A stretch of 64,000 nt of DNA. It comes from a phage. The stretch lies in sequence record PZ242158.1; one strand, given 5' to 3'. The position numbers were made by a program, and so were the translations under genes. The notes beneath the pieces are model-generated. The model did not search any database. It saw only the letters and a program-made list of their open reading frames with translations, and was not told where the DNA came from. Positions 56,857-64,000 of this stretch are shown piece after piece; the stretch's first letter is position 1, and each line of letters opens with the position of its first letter.

Positions 56857-56887
56857 AAACAGGGCTTGCAATGGTCCTGTTTTTTTG
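56857..56887 (+). terminator. intrinsic terminator
   Basis: ACAGGGC...GTCCTGT hairpin + TTTTTTTG. Confidence 0.55.
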
Positions 56888-56970
56888 TTATACTTGTTTC
56901 ACGGCAGGCACCTGGCGACGGGGGGAGACAATCACCGGGTGTGCCTGCTATATAAAAACTATAAAAACCG

Positions 56971-56999
56971 TTGACATCTGCCAGGTGCTGGGGTAGCAT
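56971..56999 (+). promoter_or_regulatory. sigma70-like early promoter
   Basis: TTGACA, 17 nt, TAGCAT. Confidence 0.5.
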
Positions 57000-57054
57000 T
57001 TATCTCGAAGGGGGCAAAAGCGCCCACACAACAACCGGAAGAGAGGAAAACGCC

Positions 57055-57327
57055 ATGTTAAGCTGGATTAACCAAGAAGTTGAATCACGTTTTAATGCTA
57101 TTTGGGATCTCATCGAAAAAGAAGACGGCACATCAAGCCCCTACCTCAACAATTTGGAATTCCATTTTGTGGAAGCGATGAACGCAGAACATGATCACGA
57201 AGGTGGCGCGGATGAGTTCGCTAAAGGTTATGGCTTTAACAATGCCAACGAAATGATCGAGGCGGTAGTACTCCAGGCTGAGGAAGATTATCAATTAAAA
57301 ACGCTTGAATTCTGCCGCCGCAAGTAA
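57055..57327 (+). CDS. hypothetical acidic protein
   Basis: Start at ATG 57055 after AGAGAGGAAAA. Confidence 0.45.
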   Translation: MLSWINQEVESRFNAIWDLIEKEDGTSSPYLNNLEFHFVEAMNAEHDHEGGADEFAKGYGFNNANEMIEAVVLQAEEDYQLKTLEFCRRK

Positions 57328-57389
57328 TAAGATAATGACACGGGCCAAAAGGCCCACTAAACAAAAACCACATAAAGAGGAAAAACATC

Positions 57390-57653
57390 ATGAAACGCCT
57401 TGATCAGCTCAAATTAGTTCAATATATGGCTTATCGTGTTCTTGAAGTCCAGAAAGGTAGCAAAAAAGAGGTTTGCGAGAAAGCTTATAAGATCTTCACT
57501 CGCAAAAAAGATGACTGGATGCTACGCCAGACCAAAAAGGCTGACATCTTGGGGTACCTGGAAGAAGAGATCCGACTTGAAGAGCAAGAAGAGATCCGCC
57601 GTAGTGAGGCAGATTATCAGGCAGCTTGGGAAAACTGGATGAGCAACAAATAA
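57390..57653 (+). CDS. hypothetical protein
   Basis: 87-aa ORF, SD AAAGAGGAAAAA; leader hairpin GGGCC-aaaa-GGCCC upstream. Confidence 0.45.
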   Translation: MKRLDQLKLVQYMAYRVLEVQKGSKKEVCEKAYKIFTRKKDDWMLRQTKKADILGYLEEEIRLEEQEEIRRSEADYQAAWENWMSNK

Positions 57654-57718
57654 TACAACAAGGTGCACGGTCAGGGGCTTAAAGCCCCTTGATCACATAA
57701 AAATTATGCTATCCCTGG

Positions 57719-57747
57719 TTGACAGGGATCGGCAGTTTTGCTATATT
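57719..57747 (+). promoter_or_regulatory. sigma70-like early promoter
   Basis: TTGACA, 17 nt, TATATT. Confidence 0.55.
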
Positions 57748-57796
57748 CTTTTTTGAAGGGAAGTTGTAAGAAAATTAACTAAGAGGTAAAAACACC

Positions 57797-58216
57797 ATGA
57801 ACATTAAATCTAATAATCCGGCATATAGCTTTGATAACGCTTTTTGTCACGGTCCGGCGGCGAAAGGATTCGAAATCGATGGTAAACTAATTATTGTCAA
57901 TGTTGACGGGGAAGAGGTTGCAGTATATCCGGTGGCAGACGTAAAAAGCCGTTTACAATGCCGCATGGATGTTACCGCCTATCAGCTTGATCCGGTCCGC
58001 ATAGTTGCCCTGGTCCTGGAAGAAGAAATTAAAGCCATGCACCATAGCAACAGGTTTATTGGTGACGCTCAGGATAATATGAAGGTGTGCCGCCATAAAG
58101 TTAATGAAGTGCTTAAAGAGTACGGCTATAAAGATCTTATGATCAAACGTGATGAAAAATTCCGGTACCGTAACGACCTGGCAAATCGGATTTTTGAAAT
58201 ATACGAATCATTATAA
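57797..58216 (+). CDS. hypothetical protein
   Basis: 139-aa ORF, SD TAAGAGGTAAAAA. Confidence 0.45.
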   Translation: MNIKSNNPAYSFDNAFCHGPAAKGFEIDGKLIIVNVDGEEVAVYPVADVKSRLQCRMDVTAYQLDPVRIVALVLEEEIKAMHHSNRFIGDAQDNMKVCRHKVNEVLKEYGYKDLMIKRDEKFRYRNDLANRIFEIYESL

Positions 58217-58234
58217 TTTTTTAACTGAATTATC

Positions 58235-58259
58235 AAGGGGCTTAGGTCCCTTTCTTTTT
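58235..58259 (+). terminator. intrinsic terminator ending the + strand early array
   Basis: AAGGGGC-ttag-GTCCCTT + TCTTTTT. Confidence 0.5.
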
Positions 58260-58870
58260 GTCTGCTCTTCCTCCCTACCATAAACGGCCCTACCTGGCAA
58301 GTGGAATAATTGACGAGCCATCAATCCCACACACTGTACAAATATACATGTAAAATAACTATTGCATAACCTTTCATTGTGTGGTAGCGGTGCTATTTTT
58401 ACCCGTTTTCCTTCCAAAATTGCACGTAATGCAGCTATTGCACAAAATTTAACCTGATGCGCATCTTCAATATCTTGTCAACAACTAAAAATCTTTATAA
58501 GTCATACACTTACACAAACCAAAAAGCGTGTTCTACGTGAAAAATCGAGTATAACTATAGCCGACAGATCTCAGAATTTACGTACGCTCACCATTCTATA
58601 GCCTGCTAAGTATTTATTCCGACCATAGAATAACAGAATAGTCAATACCTGCATAAAATAATTATTCGTTTAAATTGCATAACATAAATCAGCTCAGGTG
58701 TCAACATTTTTCGTAAACAGTCTGAAATTGTCACGGCAAGTTATCATAATCAGAGAAATCTTTAGTCGTCTAATGTTTACTGTACGTTACTATACTAACT
58801 GGAATCATTAGATGACTAATAGAAAGATAAGAAATAATTAACAATACAATTATTTTATCTGTAACAATAA

Positions 58871-59044
58871 GGCAACTATGCAAACGAATGGCATGGCGCG
58901 ACGGAGTCGCGACATAATATAAAAGCAGTAACCATCACCCCCGTGATAGTTTGTCTGCAATCTATTAATCAGATCATAGTTGCCTTGTATTTAGTTAATC
59001 ATGACATAACAAGCAAGGCAACTATAGATCTTCTAATAGTTGCC
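58871..59044. repeat. array of inverted 9-bp half-sites GGCAACTAT/ATAGTTGCC (operator- or centromere-like)
   Basis: Half-sites at 58871 (+), 58976 (-), 59017 (+), 59036 (-); the last pair forms a palindrome with a 10-bp spacer; 20-mer ATGCAAACGAATGGCATGGC repeated at 58878 and 59150. Confidence 0.45.
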
Positions 59045-59282
59045 CTGCTTTTATATTATGTCATATATTATTAACTTGTTAATTGTTAGTCAGTCAAATC
59101 AACAGCGTTATCATTTCAGTCTTTATTGTTGTTGATCGTTATTGTTATCATGCAAACGAATGGCATGGCTTATCATCTCTGTATAAACAGTTTATGCGTG
59201 AACAGTGAGGCATGCAATAGTAACAATTGTTATTGTGTCATCATGTCAAGGGTAAAGTGTCATAGTATGTCAGACATGTTTT

Positions 59283-59716
59283 TCCCCTCTTTGTCAAGTG
59301 CTGCATGAAAAAATTTACAAGCTGGTATGGTAGCATTTTTGCGGCCTTGTTTACATTCAGGAGTGTATGTATAATCCTTGTTGTGTGGGCGTTTATACGT
59401 CTGGACGGTCAGAAGTCTGCAGGTTAATATCTAATCTATTGGCTGCTAACTATATCCCACACAAATGATAAGAAATATAATTGTTATATGCGTAAACTGT
59501 AACTCATGTTATCAATCCCTGTATGTATCGCCAGTGGTGCGCATAATGGGTATTATGTTAAATTGCCCGTAATGATAACAGTTCTCACAATGATAGGTAT
59601 TCTCATTCATCCACACAAAATAGGTTGCAAATGTTGTGCCACTGTGTGAACGGCCTGGCCTATTAATTTCTCTCACTGCCTCGATATTTGAGAATTGTTA
59701 TAAGAATGAGAAGTAT
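59283..59716. repeat. 434-bp perfect direct repeat, copy 1
   Basis: Identical by eye to 59843..60276 over the full 434 bp; contains a promoter-like TTGTTT, 17 nt, TATAAT. Confidence 0.8.
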
Positions 59717-59842
59717 CCATGTTTATATTACATCTACTTGGTTCAGAACCAAAATGCGCGAAAGCGTTTCACGATAACTAGCGACCACGGTCTGTTCCCT
59801 GGCGGCCATACGGCTTCTACTGAACGCAGCAGAGGGCGATAA

Positions 59843-60276
59843 TCCCCTCTTTGTCAAGTGCTGCATGAAAAAATTTACAAGCTGGTATGGTAGCATTTTT
59901 GCGGCCTTGTTTACATTCAGGAGTGTATGTATAATCCTTGTTGTGTGGGCGTTTATACGTCTGGACGGTCAGAAGTCTGCAGGTTAATATCTAATCTATT
60001 GGCTGCTAACTATATCCCACACAAATGATAAGAAATATAATTGTTATATGCGTAAACTGTAACTCATGTTATCAATCCCTGTATGTATCGCCAGTGGTGC
60101 GCATAATGGGTATTATGTTAAATTGCCCGTAATGATAACAGTTCTCACAATGATAGGTATTCTCATTCATCCACACAAAATAGGTTGCAAATGTTGTGCC
60201 ACTGTGTGAACGGCCTGGCCTATTAATTTCTCTCACTGCCTCGATATTTGAGAATTGTTATAAGAATGAGAAGTAT
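59843..60276. repeat. 434-bp perfect direct repeat, copy 2
   Basis: Offset exactly 560 bp from copy 1, separated by a unique 126-bp spacer (59717..59842). Confidence 0.8.
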
Positions 60277-61304
60277 TCCCATTCCGTCCGCCTGGCAGCG
60301 CTCCTGTAGGTCCTGCAAGGACTCTAGCTTTCAGCTAGACCCTTCGGGCCTCCCTACAGGTCAGGTCAAAATCGTGGTAGAATTGGGCCTATTCAGATAT
60401 TTCTGGCTGACTCTTCAGGTCTGTGTGGGAAAAGCCAACCTCTCCGGCGGGGCAGGGGGAGGTCAATTAAAAAATTTACGTGGTGTATGAAGCGCTCTTC
60501 AGGTAAGGCAGGTATTATGGGATGAAACCCTCTTCAGGCAATGATATTTGTGGGTGTGATATTTGCTGGAAAGCCAGATATGACGGGACTCCCGGCGGGG
60601 CAGGGGTAGTACAGACAGGGAAAATATGAGAATGTAGTTGGGGAAATTGATCAGACAGGTAGAGTATGGAATATGTTACAAGTATGTTAAATATGGAGGT
60701 TGAATATCTGTAGGATTTGTGTGTAAAATCAAAGACTTAAGGGGTGTTGTGATATTTTCTATAAATAATTCAAGTTTAATAGGTGATATTTGTCTCTATC
60801 CGCTTTGTGTGGTAAACAGATTCAGATGAGATTGGTTTACAAGTGTATACATAATATACAAATTAAAGATACAAGAAACCCCCCATCCCCCTTCGGCTAC
60901 CATTCACCTTTTCCTCTGACTGGTACTTAAACACTTATTCAGACTCTTCAGGTTATCACCCATATATCATATGGCAGTGACTGGTGTCCTCCGGCCCCTC
61001 TTTCGTCACCCGTCCGCTTCGCCATGCTAATGCCATAGCCAATGGTTCGGTTGTTCACCCTGTTCACTCAGGTGTATCTCCATACCCCTTCAAACCGAAG
61101 AGAACAGAAAACCCGAATTACTCGGTAAAAGAAAAGAGAAGAACTTAATTTTATCAGGATAGGCAAGAATGTCAAGGCATGACTGCTCACTAAACAAGCA
61201 AACAGTCATGTGTGGGAGGTAAGTGATTGTGGTGGTGGGAAATTTAGTTGAAAGATGTGTTATAGGTGCGCTTCCAGCACTTTAGCCGGGCAGCTAATTG
61301 TGTG

Positions 61305-61520
61305 TCAGTCCAGTGGTTCATCACCTACTTCACTGAAATCAATGTTCATGGTCTCCTCCCAACCATCAATCTCAGCACCAGAGTAGAGATCTTTAGGACT
61401 TACTCCCAAAGCATCAGCAACAGAGTCCATATTTAACACCTCTGGCAGGTATGATTCATCGAATTCAAGGTAAATCAGGCCACGAGTGTTGTCAGCTCCA
61501 CCAAATATTTCTATCTTCAT
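61305..61520 (-). CDS. hypothetical acidic protein
   Basis: 71-aa ORF, SD on - strand (GGAGA); first gene of the - strand small-gene block. Confidence 0.4.
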   Translation of the reverse strand: MKIEIFGGADNTRGLIYLEFDESYLPEVLNMDSVADALGVSPKDLYSGAEIDGWEETMNIDFSEVGDEPLD

Positions 61521-61641
61521 GAAATCTCCTCTGGAAATGAGAGTGTGAACAGGGTTTTATACGTTCCGATGCACAGGAATTATGCACGTTTGCCTCTTCA
61601 GGCCATGCTTTAGCATGAGGAACCTGTGTGGGCTCGGTGCT

Positions 61642-61854
61642 TCATAGTCTACCACCCCTGAACTCTTCGTGCTCAGGCATAATAGAGAACCAGATATCTA
61701 CGATGTCTTCCCACGTTAGGTCATCAGCCTCAGGATCTACCTGGAGCGAAGATGGAGAATCTTCAGAATCTAAGTTTTCCTCTTTCACTGGCTCAGCCAA
61801 GGGACATATAGTCACTCCTTTGGATGTCTCTTCAGATGCATGTGTGTTTATCAT
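61642..61854 (-). CDS. hypothetical acidic protein (weak)
   Basis: 70-aa ORF, no clear SD; an overlapping + strand ORF (61628..61867) is equally plausible by eye. Confidence 0.25.
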   Translation of the reverse strand: MINTHASEETSKGVTICPLAEPVKEENLDSEDSPSSLQVDPEADDLTWEDIVDIWFSIMPEHEEFRGGRL

Positions 61855-62214
61855 GTTCCACCCGTGAGTATTCCGGCAACAGCCGCTATGGACGTAATGA
61901 TCATCAGGATCACCACTAAAACTTCGGACAATGTTCTCATTGTGTACTCCATATTCTACAAACTATGTGTGGATACTATCACTGGATCGGTAATGTGTCA
62001 ACAGAAACGCCGCGAGGGTTTGGTTAAAATCCGAGCGTATGGTGATTTGGGTCAAAACGGACGTGCGTTCTCGCTACGCTCGAAATATGGAGTTGTTTGT
62101 AGGGAGCTCTTAAACGCTCTGTAATGAGATTAACTGCCCAAGGTATGCAATCGTGCACCAGATAAAGAAAAGGACGCCACAGAGCGTCCTAGGTGTCTTA
62201 AATTTGATATTTTG

Positions 62215-62526
62215 CTATACCCACGAGGGCTTATCAAGGTTGGAGTAGCTGAAAGGTGTCAAAAGGTGACTGTCAAAATCTCTCAAACTATCCAAATCTT
62301 TTTCCTCGTCCTGACACCATCTGTGCCTACATTTGTTGTTGTAGTGCATGGAATGCATAGCGTTCTGCAACTTAACAGGCACAAGTGATTCAGGAGTAGA
62401 TAGTATTGTTGGGTATGCCAGAACCACCTCAAACAGTGGAAACACATCGAAACTAAAGTCTACCTCTGCAGAGGTTGATGGCATGTAGGAGTATTTAGCC
62501 GCCTTTGTAGACATAATCCACCTCAC
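62215..62526 (-). CDS. hypothetical protein
   Basis: 103-aa ORF, 4-nt overlap with upstream gene. Confidence 0.4.
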   Translation of the reverse strand: MRWIMSTKAAKYSYMPSTSAEVDFSFDVFPLFEVVLAYPTILSTPESLVPVKLQNAMHSMHYNNKCRHRWCQDEEKDLDSLRDFDSHLLTPFSYSNLDKPSWV

Positions 62527-62855
62527 ACAGGTTTGATAATACCTTCACCGAATAGCTCTTCGTATCTAATCTTGTCCGGATCCCACTCCTGGAGAATTTC
62601 GAAGACAATATCCAACCCAGGAACAATCACTTCTCCAGTGTCAAGCTTAGCAAGAACAAAACCGGAAGGTTGAATGGTTTCCCAGTTACGGCGATCAGAA
62701 TAAAATACTTCGAAAATATCACCAACCTCAATCCGTTTCTGTTGCTCAAGATGCTCAAGGTTCTCTTTCATACGGATGCAGCGTATTTTTCGTGCAGGCC
62801 ATAGACCACCTGCATCACGTTCATTCAATTCTTTTACAGTGATCGGTATACCCAT
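62523..62855 (-). CDS. hypothetical protein
   Basis: 110-aa ORF, SD GAAGGAGA on - strand. Confidence 0.45.
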   Translation of the reverse strand: MGIPITVKELNERDAGGLWPARKIRCIRMKENLEHLEQQKRIEVGDIFEVFYSDRRNWETIQPSGFVLAKLDTGEVIVPGLDIVFEILQEWDPDKIRYEELFGEGIIKPV

Positions 62856-62871
62856 CTCAAATCTCCTTCAT

Positions 62872-62901
62872 AGATAGTAAAAGAGGGGCCCAAGCCCCTC
62901 T
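62872..62901 (-). terminator. hairpin terminator between - strand genes
   Basis: AGAGGGGC-ccaa-GCCCCTCT (8-bp stem); on the - strand followed by TTTACTATCT. Confidence 0.4.
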
Positions 62902-62909
62902 CTTTGTCA

Positions 62910-63215
62910 TTATTCTACAGAGCGTTTGAACAGAATGTCTGCCTCGGACATGTGCTCAACCTCTTCTTCGATTTTAGCTCGACGTTTTTCAGCCTCATAG
63001 CGAATATCGAACTCGGTAGCCACCAGAGATTTGATGAATTTAGGAGAATACAGGTGATCCTGCTTCTCAACGAGAATGATATCCTTAATGGCATCTTTCA
63101 GATCTTTAATCTGAAGTTGGAGTTCCACCAGTTCTTCGATTGTCTTGCGAAGGCGATCACGCTCTGCAGTGTCAGAAGGAAGAGAGGTGAACAGTTCAAC
63201 TTTAGATTTAGCCAT
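62910..63215 (-). CDS. coiled-coil protein
   Basis: 101 aa, heptad-like charged sequence; SD AAGGAGA on - strand. Confidence 0.45.
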   Translation of the reverse strand: MAKSKVELFTSLPSDTAERDRLRKTIEELVELQLQIKDLKDAIKDIILVEKQDHLYSPKFIKSLVATEFDIRYEAEKRRAKIEEEVEHMSEADILFKRSVE

Positions 63216-63243
63216 AGTAAGAGTCTCCTTATGTTGTTTTAAA

Positions 63244-63561
63244 TTAACGTTCTACAAAAATATCGTTCAGTTCAATAACCAGGAATTTCTGGTCTTCACT
63301 GTCGTCTCGTGCCAGCACCTCACAGACGTATCGGTCATCTCCATCATCATCGCAGTCAAATACAAGACTGAGGACTTTATCATGGTAAACCTTCGCCACT
63401 ACCGCCTCGTAAGTATTGCCGATTGTGAATCCAAGATAATCTCCGATGCATTTGACAACAACATGGTCTCCAGCATTTAAGTCAATCTTCGTCATTACTG
63501 CGCTCCTTGGGTAATAATACTGTATGTAAAACTTTAACCAGAGATGTGAATAACGCCCCAA
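63244..63561 (-). CDS. hypothetical protein
   Basis: 105-aa ORF, SD AGGAG on - strand. Confidence 0.45.
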   Translation of the reverse strand: MGRYSHLWLKFYIQYYYPRSAVMTKIDLNAGDHVVVKCIGDYLGFTIGNTYEAVVAKVYHDKVLSLVFDCDDDGDDRYVCEVLARDDSEDQKFLVIELNDIFVER

Positions 63562-63650
63562 AACACACCGATAGCGCTAAAACAGACAAGGCCATCATTA
63601 AAGCTTCAGTAAAATCAGTCACCCCTCACCTCTTGTTAGTCACTATACTG

Positions 63651-63914
63651 TCATTTATCCTTGCCGTCAAGAACTTTTTTAAATCTTTCAGGGATATCGC
63701 CTGTTCTTAGATAGCTCATGACCTCACAAGGTTCCCACTTAAATTTCTTACAAAGCAGGGCGGCTGAGATTGTTTCATTGCGAAAAGAAAGGATATTAAT
63801 ATCCCATTCTGAGAACCCCAACTTCCGAAGGGTAGCTACAGAAATCCTCACCGCAACCCAGCAGCAAAAACATGCAACAAACGCCACTGCTATAACCCAC
63901 ATCAGGATGTTCAT
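63651..63914 (-). CDS. membrane protein
   Basis: N-terminal hydrophobic helix MNILMWVIAVAFVACFCCWVAV. Confidence 0.4.
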   Translation of the reverse strand: MNILMWVIAVAFVACFCCWVAVRISVATLRKLGFSEWDINILSFRNETISAALLCKKFKWEPCEVMSYLRTGDIPERFKKVLDGKDK

Positions 63915-64000
63915 ACAAGCACCTCACTGAAATACAAGACACAGTGTTAAGGTTACTGACCAGCAAATAATTAACAGTGCCGTTGCAACCTTGGCAAGAT

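Noticed and set aside
59126-60490. ORFs 59126..59308, 59636..59842 and 60248..60490 in the 3-kb junction
   Set aside because: They lack SD sequences, use GTG or poor starts, and two run across the boundary of the perfect 434-bp repeat; likely chance ORFs in non-coding DNA.
58260-61300. tRNA or tmRNA genes in the ORF-free regions
   Set aside because: No GGTTCGAATCC-type T-loop or acceptor/CCA pattern was found by eye; the four-way structure at 60303..60360 has loops too short for a tRNA. A tRNA-finding program was not run, so this is a weak negative.
61628-61867. Plus-strand ORF 61628..61867 versus minus-strand ORF 61642..61854
   Set aside because: Neither has a convincing SD; the - strand ORF was listed at low confidence only because neighbouring genes are on the - strand, and neither reading is established.

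Overview
This 64-kb window reads as a virulent tailed-phage (Caudoviricetes) genome segment with sigma70-type promoters, AGGAG-like ribosome-binding sites and intrinsic terminators typical of a Gram-negative host. All calls come from reading the sequence and ORF track by eye; no database or covariance-model search was run. Layout: (1) 1-14.1 kb, + strand virion module with two paralogous tail-fibre genes, a Tfa-like chaperone, a 581-aa fibre/spike-like protein and an 1878-aa Ig-like (BIG2) fibre, ending at a bidirectional terminator; (2) 14.1-21.1 kb, - strand block with a HAD phosphatase, a VWA/HExxH protein, an HNH endonuclease and small proteins; (3) 21.1-47.1 kb, + strand early/replication module with an AAA+ ATPase, a secreted SleB-like hydrolase, an rIIA/rIIB-like pair, an SF1B helicase, a C5-methyltransferase-like protein, a T7-type primase-helicase, a family A DNA polymerase and a macro-domain protein; (4) 47.1-48.4 kb, ORF-free repeat region with iterons and two Fur-box-like sites; (5) 48.4-58.2 kb, about 25 small early genes, most with their own promoter and a 5' leader hairpin; (6) 58.2-61.3 kb, ORF-poor region with a perfect 434-bp direct repeat and palindrome arrays; (7) 61.3-64 kb, - strand small genes. 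The strongest single finding is that the DNA polymerase gene is interrupted at motif C by an 842-nt group I intron carrying an HNH homing endonuclease. No rRNA, tRNA or CRISPR array was recognised by eye.
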